DNA from: Candidatus Latescibacterota bacterium
GTDB taxonomy: Bacteria > Latescibacterota > UBA2968 > GCA-2709665
DNA length: 64,000 nucleotides
Assembly (NCBI GenBank): GCA_965219995.1
Contig: CBDCOX010000002.1
Location: forward strand, 4,768,001 to 4,832,000
Direction: 5' to 3'
Below the pieces are notes generated by a model. That model ran no database searches and had not been told where the DNA came from. It saw nothing but the letters and a program-made list of their open reading frames with translations. Numbering within the stretch: position 1 is the first letter of the stretch; the number at the start of each line of letters is the position of its first letter. A program made the translations under genes and the position numbers. This document shows, piece after piece, positions 28,592-37,115 of this stretch.

Positions 28592-28798
28592 CTATCCACC
28601 CTGGACCGCGGCGATGATGTCCACCCTGTCGCCGCTGCCCAGCCGCGTTGAATTCCACTCCGCCCGGGTCACGATTTCGGCGTTGACGGCAACCGCAATG
28701 CCCCTGCGGTCCGGATCGTGCGAAAGGTCGATCAGCAGGTCCCGGATGGATATGCCGCCGTCGACGGTCCTGTTTTCTCCGTTCAGCGTGATCTGCAT
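28592..28798 (-). CDS. thiS: Sulfur carrier protein
   Basis: MQITLNGE...[10 protein letters not shown]...AVQGG with C-terminal diglycine; 68 aa. Confidence 0.95.
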   Translation of the reverse strand: MQITLNGENRTVDGGISIRDLLIDLSHDPDRRGIAVAVNAEIVTRAEWNSTRLGSGDRVDIIAAVQGG

Positions 28799-28809
28799 GG
28801 CGAATTGTC

Positions 28810-29000
28810 TCAGAAGCTGCTTTAAAATTCCCAGCGGTCTTCGCGCGGCTGCAAAAGCGCCGGTCGGCGTTGGGCAAATCCACCCGTATTGAGAGGTCGA
28901 GGCTGCGCTCGCTCGCCTCTCTTGGGCGGATTCTCCGGCCTTGACCGTCACTTTTTCGCTCGCGCTCGGGACTCACCAGTAATTTCAAAACAGCTTCTCA
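28810..29000. mobile_element. MITE with IS5/IS1031-like ends inside the thi operon
   Basis: TCA|GAAGCTGCTTTAAAATT...AATTTCAAAACAGCTTC|TCA: 15/17 terminal IR, 3-bp TCA direct repeat, 185-bp core, no transposase. Confidence 0.75.
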
Positions 29001-30134
29001 TGCGGCGAATCGGTCGATGCCGAAGGGTCGGATTTCCTCCGGCGTGATTCCCGTGAGTACTAGCTCGGCTATGGTACAGGCGGTGACGGGCGCCAGCAGG
29101 ATGCCCTTCCGATAGTGGCCCGTGGCCATGATAAGGCCTTCGACCGGCGTCTTCCCGAGGATGGGCGCGTCGTCCCGGCTGCCCGGCCGAAGACCGGCGG
29201 CGGCTTCAATGATCGGCAGGTCGTAAATCCCGGGAACGACCTCCCAGGCTGCGCGCAGGAGCTCGAAAATGCCGCCCGCCGTCAGGCTGCTGTCGTAACC
29301 CATTTCTTCTGATGTGGCCCCCAATACGAGGCGACCTCGATCCTTCGGACACAGGTAAGCGACGGTCGATGACGCGGTGCGGTTGTACCAGACGATGGTT
29401 TTCAGGGTGCAGTCGCCGGTCATCTGCAGCCTGAGGATCTGGCCGCGGACAGGTCGCACCGGTGGTTTTGCGGCATCCGGCAGACCCGGAATGAGACGCG
29501 ACCAGCAGCCTGCTGCCAGAATGACCACAGCCGCAGGGAACGATTCATCGCCGGCCACAACGCCTTCGACCCGGTTCCGTGCGATGCCGATGTTCTCGAC
29601 CGGCGTGGATTCAACGAGGGATCCGCCGGCTCTCAGGAATGCCTGCCGCAGGGCCTGCACCAGGCGCCGGTTGTCCACCTGGTGGTCTCCAGGGCACCAG
29701 ACTGCGGCGCCGACCTGGGGCGAGAGTTGCGGCTCTCGCGCACGGGCCTCAGCGCCGTTCAGCCATTCCACGGGCAGGCCGAGGTCCTGCTGGTAGTCGT
29801 AGCGGAAACGCAGGTATTCGATATCGTCGCGGGTGACACCCACCAGAAGGACGCCGTCGGGGCGATAGCCCACGCACATTCCGCTCTCGGATTCGAGTTC
29901 GGCGACAAAGTCCCGGAAACGCTCGAGACTCTTCAGGCCAAGCCGAAGGAGCCCCTCCTCTTCGTGTCGCACCTCCGCCAGCGGCGTGAGCATACCGGCG
30001 GAAGCCCGGCTGGCGGCCTGACCCGCACGGTCCCGATCGAAGATCAGGACGTCCCGCCCCGCCCTGGCGAGTCGCCAGCCGATGCCGAGTCCGATAACGC
30101 CCGCGCCCACGATAATGATCCGGTCCGATGCCAA
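28998..30134 (-). CDS. thiO: Glycine oxidase
   Basis: IVGAGVIG, ASRASAGML, PVRGQI, AGLRPG, TGHYRKGILLAP; first gene of the thi operon; TTG start. Confidence 0.93.
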   Translation of the reverse strand: MASDRIIIVGAGVIGLGIGWRLARAGRDVLIFDRDRAGQAASRASAGMLTPLAEVRHEEEGLLRLGLKSLERFRDFVAELESESGMCVGYRPDGVLLVGVTRDDIEYLRFRYDYQQDLGLPVEWLNGAEARAREPQLSPQVGAAVWCPGDHQVDNRRLVQALRQAFLRAGGSLVESTPVENIGIARNRVEGVVAGDESFPAAVVILAAGCWSRLIPGLPDAAKPPVRPVRGQILRLQMTGDCTLKTIVWYNRTASSTVAYLCPKDRGRLVLGATSEEMGYDSSLTAGGIFELLRAAWEVVPGIYDLPIIEAAAGLRPGSRDDAPILGKTPVEGLIMATGHYRKGILLAPVTACTIAELVLTGITPEEIRPFGIDRFAA

Positions 30135-30169
30135 CGGATACGGTCCCAGGGGATTTGAATACAGCTTCT

Positions 30170-30207
30170 AAAAAAGCCGCCGCCCTCGATCAGGTCGAAA
30201 AGCGGCT
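30170..30207 (-). terminator. Intrinsic terminator (expression platform of the TPP riboswitch)
   Basis: On the minus strand AGCCGC...TCGA/TCGA...GCGGCT followed by a U-run, between the aptamer and thiO. Confidence 0.7.
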
Positions 30208-30221
30208 GGGGTGCGATTCCT

Positions 30222-30297
30222 GGACTCCCTGCGCCGGCATAATCCGGATCAGGTTCAAAGGGTATGTTCTCAGCTCGGCGGGCGAGCACCCCTGCGT
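30222..30297 (-). ncRNA. TPP riboswitch aptamer
   Basis: Minus strand reads GGGGTGCTCGCCCGCCGAGCTGAGAACATACCCTTTGAACCTGATCCGGATTATGCCGGCGCAGGGAG, with canonical CTGAGA, ACCTGAT and GCGNAGGGA elements; upstream of thi genes. Confidence 0.95.
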
Positions 30298-30308
30298 TGT
30301 TACGCGTT

Positions 30309-30337
30309 AAGATAGCCGTTCGGCCGCCCTCCGTCAA
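30309..30337 (-). promoter_or_regulatory. Sigma70 promoter of the thi operon
   Basis: TTGACG-17 nt-TATCTT, placing the transcription start a few nt before the aptamer. Confidence 0.75.
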
Positions 30338-30374
30338 GCGATTCCGCTTGACATCGATCGACGTTTGATTATTT

Positions 30375-30531
30375 AAAGGCGGTGAGACGGGAGTGGGTAG
30401 ACGGTAGAGGATGTGATTGCCCGGTGCGGTTTCATTTCTTGCCGGCGACGATAGGGAAGAATCAATCGGGCAAGGATGTCATCTAACGTCTAACGTCTAC
30501 CGTCTCCCCGCTTTCATCTCACGTCTCACCG
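30375..30531. repeat. Heptamer-armed palindromic element, copy B
   Basis: CGGTGAGACG/CGTCTCACCG IR; 30458-30480 is the reverse complement of 25414-25436 (22/23). Confidence 0.7.
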
Positions 30532-30547
30532 AATTTAAGGAGGTTAT

Positions 30548-31744
30548 GTGTCGAAATTAACGTTAAGGGTTCACGCGGGACCGCACCGGCGAGTCAACTG
30601 CCCGGTCTCCATACTTTTGGCGAGATCTGAAAAGACGCAACCTACACTCGATCGTCTGGATCGCACCGGGTCCGGTGCGGAGATTGGGAATCTGGCCGGC
30701 AGGAATGGCAGTACCCCGTGCCAGGTCAATCGCGAGGGCGACGCCGTCAGGCTCAGCTGGATCGTGGACGATCTCGCGGCGGGCGAAACCACGGATTACG
30801 GACTGGAATCAGGGGGGCCCGCGGCGTCCGGCGGCGGGGTCGAATTGTCGGAAGCAGGCGAAAGCGTCCAGGTGCGGATCGACGGTACCCATTTCACGAG
30901 CTATTGCTTCGGGAAGGACCTCGTCAGGCCGCACCTCTACCCGGTGATCGGGCCGTACGGGGACGGGATCACGCGCCCGTTGATCAACCAGGGAGAGGGT
31001 GATCACCACCACCACCGTTCCGTCTGGATTTCGCACGGCCACGTAAACGGATGGAACAACTGGGGTGAAGGCGAGGGACACGCGTGGACCCGCCACCAGC
31101 GATTCGACAGCCTGGAAAGCGGCCCGGTCCATGGCCGGATCGTATCGGTCAGCAACTGGGAGGGCGCCGATGCATGGCGCGGCGAGCACGGGTCGAACGT
31201 GATCTGCGAGGAACGGGCGGAGTGGACATTCTACCGGACCGGGCCGGACGTGCGGGTCTTCGACCTGCGCCTCACGCTGACCGCGCCGAAGATCGACGTC
31301 CTTTTCGGAGATACGAAAGAAGGCGGCCTGGCGTCGATCCGCGTGGCCGAATCCATGGAAGTGCGGTCCGGCAAGGGTGGAAAAATCGAAAACGCAATCG
31401 GGGGTGTCAACGAGGACGAAACATGGGGCAAGCGAGCCGCGTGGTGCCACTATACCGGCCCGGTGAACGGCAACCGCGTGGGCGTAGCCATCATGGACCA
31501 TCCCGACAGTTTTCGGCATCCTGTATACTGGCACGTACGCAACTACGGCCTGATGACGGCCAATCCGTTCGGTCATTCGCATTTTTACGGAGACCCGGAT
31601 CGGAGGGGGAACCACGTCCTGCCCCCCGGCAATTCCCTCAACGGCCATTACAGATTCTACGTGCACAAAGGAGACGCGGCTGAAGGCCGGATCACCGATC
31701 GCTATCACGATTTCGCCTACCCTCCTGCGGTGGAGGTCGCGTAG
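30548..31744 (+). CDS. DUF6807/'PmoA-family' protein of unknown function (not methane monooxygenase)
   Basis: RPHLYPV, DHHHHRSVW, GDTKEGG, MDHPDSFRHP..WHVR.YGL..ANPFG. AAGGAGG RBS, GTG start. Confidence 0.75.
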   Translation: MSKLTLRVHAGPHRRVNCPVSILLARSEKTQPTLDRLDRTGSGAEIGNLAGRNGSTPCQVNREGDAVRLSWIVDDLAAGETTDYGLESGGPAASGGGVELSEAGESVQVRIDGTHFTSYCFGKDLVRPHLYPVIGPYGDGITRPLINQGEGDHHHHRSVWISHGHVNGWNNWGEGEGHAWTRHQRFDSLESGPVHGRIVSVSNWEGADAWRGEHGSNVICEERAEWTFYRTGPDVRVFDLRLTLTAPKIDVLFGDTKEGGLASIRVAESMEVRSGKGGKIENAIGGVNEDETWGKRAAWCHYTGPVNGNRVGVAIMDHPDSFRHPVYWHVRNYGLMTANPFGHSHFYGDPDRRGNHVLPPGNSLNGHYRFYVHKGDAAEGRITDRYHDFAYPPAVEVA

Positions 31745-31789
31745 ACAACCTTCGCGGCGCGCCGGCTCGCGGAAGGCGAGGACTGCCGG

Positions 31790-33229
31790 ATGGCCGATTC
31801 CTTCAAGCGACCACACATCGTCTTCATCACCACGGACCAGCAGCGGGGCGACTGTACCGGCATCGACGGGCACCCGATTCTGGAAACGCCCCACCTGGAC
31901 CAGCTTGCGAACGAGGGAGTCTATTTCTCGAGAGCGTATTCTCCCTGTCCCGTTTGCGTGCCCGCGCGCATGGTCATGATGACGGGGCAGTCTCCGTACA
32001 ACACCGGATTCTACACCAATTCGAGCAAAGCGATTGGCACGACCGACACCCTGCCGCGGATTCTGGGCGGCCTGGGCTACCAGACGCAACTGATCGGCAA
32101 GGCCCACTTCAGTCCCCAACGGGCGAGGCTGGGGTTCGACAATACGATCATCAACGAGTCCGGCCGGTACCGCGACGGCGACGACTATCACCGGTGGTTG
32201 AAGAAGACGCCCTACGCGGGCCTGGAGCGGGCGACGAGCATCGGGAACAACGACGTGTTCTCCCGAAGGTCGGTCGTGCCCGAGACCCATCATGTGAACA
32301 CGTGGACGGCGAACGAGTGTATCGAATTTCTGGACAGGCGCGATCCCACCTGTCCCTTTTTTCTGTGGATGTCTTTCAGCCGACCGCATTCCCAGTACGA
32401 CCCCCCGGCGCCGTACGATACCTGGTACGATCCGGACGACGTGCCGCCGCCCATACGCGCCCCCGGCGAAGATTTTCTGCCGCCCGAACTGCAGGAGGCT
32501 CCCCTGCGCTACGACTGGGACCGCATGTCACCCGCGAGGATCGTTCGGGCGCGGCAGCACTATCTGGGGCAGATTACGCATATCGACCATCAGATCGGGC
32601 GTTTTCTGGCCGCGCTCCGGTGGAAGGGGTTGTGGGACGACACGCTGGTGGTTTTTACCTCGGATCACGGCGACATGATGGGAGATTACGGTCTTTTCTT
32701 CAAATCCCATTTTTTCGAAGGTTCCGGTCGCGTTCCACTGATTCTGCGGCCCCCGAGAGGCAGGGAGGGCGCGATTCCGGCGCAGCGGTATGAGAAGCCC
32801 GTGTCGCTCGTCGACGTGCTGCCCACGCTGGTCTCGGCGGCGGGCGGCCCTGTCCCCGGGCAGGCGGACGGGGTGTCGCTTCTGCCGACGCTGGACGGCG
32901 GGGACCCGGTCGGCGACCGGATATTCCACGGGGAAATCGGCGCGGAGCCGCGGCGCCACCACTGTCTGACGGACGGACGGTACAAGTATATGTGGTTCCG
33001 GCTGGGGGGCAGGGAATACCTGTTCGACCTGAAGGAAGACCCCGGCGAAGTGAACAATCTCGCGGGTGATGAGGCCCGGGTGGCCGTTTGGAGAAACCTG
33101 TTGATCGACCTTCTCCATACGCGCGGCGATTCGGCCGTGAAGGACGGTGCGCTGGTGTCCACGCCATACAGACCGACGCCTGAGGCGGAGTTGCGGGCGA
33201 TGGATCCGTTCGGCAGACGGCCGCATTAA
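31790..33229 (+). CDS. Cys-type sulfatase
   Basis: TDQQR, CVPAR (CxPxR), GKAH, SDHGD, LFDLKEDPGE. Confidence 0.92.
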   Translation: MADSFKRPHIVFITTDQQRGDCTGIDGHPILETPHLDQLANEGVYFSRAYSPCPVCVPARMVMMTGQSPYNTGFYTNSSKAIGTTDTLPRILGGLGYQTQLIGKAHFSPQRARLGFDNTIINESGRYRDGDDYHRWLKKTPYAGLERATSIGNNDVFSRRSVVPETHHVNTWTANECIEFLDRRDPTCPFFLWMSFSRPHSQYDPPAPYDTWYDPDDVPPPIRAPGEDFLPPELQEAPLRYDWDRMSPARIVRARQHYLGQITHIDHQIGRFLAALRWKGLWDDTLVVFTSDHGDMMGDYGLFFKSHFFEGSGRVPLILRPPRGREGAIPAQRYEKPVSLVDVLPTLVSAAGGPVPGQADGVSLLPTLDGGDPVGDRIFHGEIGAEPRRHHCLTDGRYKYMWFRLGGREYLFDLKEDPGEVNNLAGDEARVAVWRNLLIDLLHTRGDSAVKDGALVSTPYRPTPEAELRAMDPFGRRPH

Positions 33230-33297
33230 TCTGATTCATTCGAAAACATGGACCTATACAGGGAGTACCCTACAGTTTACATTATTTCACACCATTG

Positions 33298-33379
33298 CCC
33301 TGGCACCCTGAGCCGCTCCCTGAGCATGCGGTGCCCTGAGCTTGTCGAAGGGTCGAAGGGTCGGCGAAGGGTCGAAAAG
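33298..33379. repeat. Nested CCCTGAGC...CGAAGGG palindromic units
   Basis: Three CCCTGAGC (33306, 33318, 33334) followed by three CGAAGGG and one decayed TCGAAAAG. Confidence 0.7.
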
Positions 33380-33469
33380 TCACGGAAACGCGGGCGCAAC
33401 ACCGTGGCCCGCGGGTAACTGCATCCATATCGGGGCTATAATGGGTGTGCAGAGGGAGGTTGGATCACC

Positions 33470-33952
33470 TTGGCCGACTCTGTTGAAGAACGCCTCGGTC
33501 GACTTCTGATTGAACGTGGCTGGACCCTTTCGGTCGCTGAAACGACGGCGGGCGGACTGATTTGCGCGCGCATCGTGGGTGTGCCCGGCAGTTCGGCCTG
33601 GTTCGAACGCGGCGTGGTGGCTTACAGCACACAAAGCAAGATTCAATGGTTGGGCGTTCAGGAGTCCTTGCTGGAGCGCCACGGTACCGTGAGCGGGGAG
33701 GTGGCTTCGGCCATGGCCGCGGGCGTGGGCAGGGCGGGCCGGTCCACTCTGGGGCTGGCCGAGACGGGCATCGCCGGGCCGATTCGGGGACGGTCGCCCA
33801 AGCCGTTGGGTACCGTGTATATCGCGCTGTGGACGCCGGAAGGGATCAAATGCCAACGCTTCGCGTTTGAGGGGGACCGGAGCAGGATTCGCGAACGGAT
33901 TGCCGAGCAGGCCCTGGTGACGGCAGCGAATTTTGTGCGAGATGCGGCTTGA
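33470..33952 (+). CDS. pncC: CinA C-terminal domain / NMN deamidase-like protein
   Basis: AETTAGG (AES.TGG-like), PGSSAWFERGVVAYS, TGIAGP, GTVYIA, FEGDR..IR. Confidence 0.85.
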   Translation: MADSVEERLGRLLIERGWTLSVAETTAGGLICARIVGVPGSSAWFERGVVAYSTQSKIQWLGVQESLLERHGTVSGEVASAMAAGVGRAGRSTLGLAETGIAGPIRGRSPKPLGTVYIALWTPEGIKCQRFAFEGDRSRIRERIAEQALVTAANFVRDAA

Positions 33953-34024
33953 CACCGGCTGTTCATTGACATACATTGACACCTTGACCTGACGCGGGTC
34001 TCCTGACTTCAATCCGGAGGTTGC

Positions 34025-34309
34025 ATGGCAAAAGAGGAAAAGGTCTCACTTGAAGGAACCGTCACGGATACCCTTCCCGACGGGCAGTACATGGTGGAAG
34101 TGGAGGGCGGACATCAGATTCTGGGTTATACGTCGGGCAAGATGCGACGGTTCAATATCCGGGTTCTGGTGGGCGACCGCGTGACGATCGAGACCTCGCC
34201 GTACGATCTGAATCGCGGGCGCATCGTGTGGCTGCACCGGTTGCCCCCGCCCGACGATGCCGGCGGAAAGCGCCGAGGCGGTGGTAACCGACCCAGGCGC
34301 CGGCGATAG
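34025..34309 (+). CDS. infA: Translation initiation factor IF-1 with basic C-terminal tail
   Basis: MAKEE...EGTV...LP, SGKMRRFNIRVLVGDRV..E.SPYDL.RGRI. Confidence 0.93.
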   Translation: MAKEEKVSLEGTVTDTLPDGQYMVEVEGGHQILGYTSGKMRRFNIRVLVGDRVTIETSPYDLNRGRIVWLHRLPPPDDAGGKRRGGGNRPRRRR

Positions 34310-34425
34310 TCGACTGGTCGTTCATTCCCGTAATTACAAGAAGTTCCAATCCAAACGAACTTCTGCACGAAAGGCATGCGTCAACCGCGACACGTATCGT
34401 ACATTGAAGTGGAACTCTACGCTCC

Positions 34426-34462
34426 AGGCCGAATCAGAATATCGATCGGCCTTTTTCATTTT
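34426..34462 (+). terminator. Intrinsic terminator downstream of infA
   Basis: AGGCCGA...TCGGCCT stem followed by TTTT. Confidence 0.6.
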
Positions 34463-34521
34463 TAACCCCGGTCGCGAGGTCTCCGAATGGATACAGCAGG
34501 ATCACCGTCAGGAGGTAACGG

Positions 34522-35010
34522 ATGGCAAAGACCGTCGAGGATAGCGAGGCGAAGTTTCAGCCGTACCACGTCGAGTTCGATTCGCTCAGGAACGAATTGA
34601 AGAAAACGGCTTGGGGAAGGGACTGGAATTTCAGGGCGGAGATGTTCGGCGAGCCAAGGATCCGGGGCGCGTCGATTCGGATGTGGAAGAAGCGCTGGCC
34701 TGAGGAGATCCACTTCGAGAGCTGGATCGGAAATGCGGACATCGAACGCGGCAGCGCCACGCTCGCGTTTCACATCGAGACGCCGCTGGGCGATTTCGGC
34801 GTCCGGCGCAACGAGTTCAATCGGATGCTGATTGAGCGCGGTGCGGAGAGGATGGACGATTGGAAGGGATTTACCCTGTCGCCCAGGTCTTTCCAGACCA
34901 TCAAACGCCATGTACCGTTCAAGCAGGGCGATATTGCGAAAGCCCTGACGCCCGAATTCACCCGTCTGCAGCGCCTGGGAGAGGTCATCGACCAGGTTCT
35001 GAACCTGTGA
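34522..35010 (+). CDS. Hypothetical protein
   Basis: AGGAGG RBS, host-like codon usage; no family recognised. Confidence 0.75.
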   Translation: MAKTVEDSEAKFQPYHVEFDSLRNELKKTAWGRDWNFRAEMFGEPRIRGASIRMWKKRWPEEIHFESWIGNADIERGSATLAFHIETPLGDFGVRRNEFNRMLIERGAERMDDWKGFTLSPRSFQTIKRHVPFKQGDIAKALTPEFTRLQRLGEVIDQVLNL

Positions 35011-35219
35011 ATCGGGGGAAACGGCCTTCGTGAATACGAGTCGTTGCCGTCACGATAGGAAAAGGAGTCGAAAGTTAGAAATCAACCCTTGTTTGTCTTG
35101 GCGACCTGTGCGATGCATTCGCAAGTCGCCGAGCAGGGGCCGAGGTCTGCCGGCCCCCGGGCGGAGGAAAGCCGAAAGACCGCTTCGACCACCTCCATTG
35201 ATTCGATTTTCTCTATGAC

Positions 35220-35423
35220 TTGATTTTCCATGTCCACCGCAGCGATGATGTCTGGACACTGCGGATGGAACGTCTCGCCTGCGATGCCGGGCTCGGGCAA
35301 TTCTTGCATCCGGACATGTGCCTGCGCAACCCGGACAACCTGGACTGGGCGGACAACGGGGTGATCTACGTGCAGGAGGACCGGATCCGCGATGGCCCCA
35401 TCAGACAACACGACCTCGTCTAG
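35220..35423 (+). pseudogene. Remnant of a PhoX/DUF839-like phosphatase gene
   Basis: LRNPDNLDWADNGVIYVQEDR resembles the PDN...QED motif of PhoX-type propellers; the surrounding frame is broken. Confidence 0.55.
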
Positions 35424-35746
35424 GGCGGGCAGATGGTCTTGTTTCCGCGGAATCAGTGAGCTACGCGCAAGGCAGGGAAGCAGTCTATATACATCCGTTA
35501 GCTGCAATGTAATGTGGACTATTGCGCGAGCGGCTTTAATCTGTTGCGGGCATCTCAACGAAACTCAAGAGCCGTTGTAAAATTCGCGTAATTGGATTAT
35601 ATTTCGGGTACACGAAATCCTCTGGTCTTGTGGCCTGCGTCCCCCGCACCCGCCTCGCCTTTCCCCGGGCCAGGCCAAAACCCGCCTTATTTGCTGCCTT
35701 CCGTTTATAGCCCGAAATCCTTACATCCATCTCGCCTGCGTTCGCC

Positions 35747-36523
35747 ATGGAAAATGGAAGCTGTACGATAAAGACTTCGGACTATGCCCGGTTTCTGTCG
35801 GAATTAGAGGATCAGAGCGTCGATCTGATTTTGACGGACCCTCCCTATACGATTAGCCGAAAAACTGGATTCAAGCACATCGGGCCCGGGAGTGTCGAGC
35901 GGTTCGCCGTGGACATGGATTTCGGGGCGTGGGACCACGCCAGAATCGACCTGGACGTTCTGGCCGAACAGGCATTGCGCGTCCTCCGTCGAGGCGGAAC
36001 GGCAATCATCTTTTACGATTTATGGAAGATGAGCTATCTGGCTGACAGCATGAACAAGGCCGGTTTCAAGCAATTGCGTTTCATCGAGTGGGTCAAGAAA
36101 AACCCGGTTCCGCTGAATAGCAGACGCAACTACCTCACAAACAGCAGAGAGATTGCCGTATCGGGAGTCCGGTCAGGCAAACCTACCTTTCATAGCGAAT
36201 ACGACAACGGGATATACTCGTTTCCCATACCGAACAATCGCAAGAGGCATCACCCGACTCAAAAGCCCATGTCGTTGTTCAATGAGCTGATTGAGAAACA
36301 CAGCAATGACGGCGATCTGGTGGTCGATCCGTTTCTCGGATCCGGTACCACCGCGATCGCTGCATTGAGCCTTTCGAGGCGTTTCAGCGGATGCGATATC
36401 GACAAAGGTTATGTCAAAATTGCGAAAGATCGAGTCGAAAGGGCCTATCAAAGCGGAGCTGGCCGCGGAAAGTTGTCTAATGAGGACCCCGGTAAATGCC
36501 GAGATACGGATTTTCGGGCATAA
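35747..36523 (+). CDS. Site-specific DNA methyltransferase (N4-C/N6-A, beta class), orphan
   Basis: DPPY precedes HPTQKP and DPFLGSGTT. Confidence 0.92.
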   Translation: MENGSCTIKTSDYARFLSELEDQSVDLILTDPPYTISRKTGFKHIGPGSVERFAVDMDFGAWDHARIDLDVLAEQALRVLRRGGTAIIFYDLWKMSYLADSMNKAGFKQLRFIEWVKKNPVPLNSRRNYLTNSREIAVSGVRSGKPTFHSEYDNGIYSFPIPNNRKRHHPTQKPMSLFNELIEKHSNDGDLVVDPFLGSGTTAIAALSLSRRFSGCDIDKGYVKIAKDRVERAYQSGAGRGKLSNEDPGKCRDTDFRA

Positions 36524-36744
36524 ATTACCCTTGATTTGAGATCATTTGGCCGTATGGTGCGAACGTGGCGTCGCGTGGGATCAAGCCCGAAGCCGGGGTA
36601 AAGGAGTTCCATAGACCACGACGGCGTCGCGAATCGGCGGGCCACCCGGGATCAGGCGTCCGGCTGTGTGGGAATGGCACAAATAGGAAATTTGTCCGTT
36701 TTTTGTGACAATTACTTGGCCATTCTTGGCAAAAAAACGGGTTT

Positions 36745-36769
36745 GTAGGGGCGTCCCTTGTGGGCGCCC
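36745..36769 (+). repeat. GTAG-type REP
   Basis: GTAGGGGCGTCCCTTGTGGGCGCCC. Confidence 0.75.
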
Positions 36770-36866
36770 GCTTTCCCCTCCAGTTGGGAATCCGTGGGTA
36801 TTCTTGCACGCACAGACGGACTTCAGACGGCTGAAGACTCAAAACGACCCGTAGAGGAGAAACACC

Positions 36867-37028
36867 ATGACAACAAAGAGGACGAAGGATCGGCGCAAAA
36901 CGGCTCGTCCGCGAGTCAAACCATCGGCGGAAACAGTCGACGAGATTCCTGAGAAACGAAAGCGGGCGCCACTAAACAGCCGCCAAAAGGTACATGGCGG
37001 GCGGAAGTATCTCGATCGGAGCCGATGA
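36867..37028 (+). CDS. Small basic protein, 53 aa (below the ORF-track cutoff)
   Basis: GAGGAG RBS 7 nt before the ATG; MTTKRTKDRRKTARPRVKPSAETVDEIPEKRKRAPLNSRQKVHGGRKYLDRSR; short hairpin and T-run downstream. Confidence 0.55.
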   Translation: MTTKRTKDRRKTARPRVKPSAETVDEIPEKRKRAPLNSRQKVHGGRKYLDRSR

Positions 37029-37115
37029 GGCATCGTGCGCGTTTTTTTGTTGTTCCTCTTCTTCAATTTCTCTCCCGTTTCCTGCCTCGTTCTTCCGCTA
37101 CGCGGTGATCCTATA

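Noticed and set aside
27759-28988. 409-aa ThiG with a long N-terminal extension, as shown in the ORF track
   Set aside because: The extension runs through the MITE and out of frame through thiS; a good RBS and ATG exist at 28538.
30548-31744. Particulate methane monooxygenase subunit
   Set aside because: It is a soluble protein without TM helices and there is no pmoB or pmoC; the family name is misleading.
35478-35510. Integron attC-like end (CCGTTAGCTGCAA)
   Set aside because: No matching RYYYAAC inverse core or paired L boxes could be identified, and there is no integrase.
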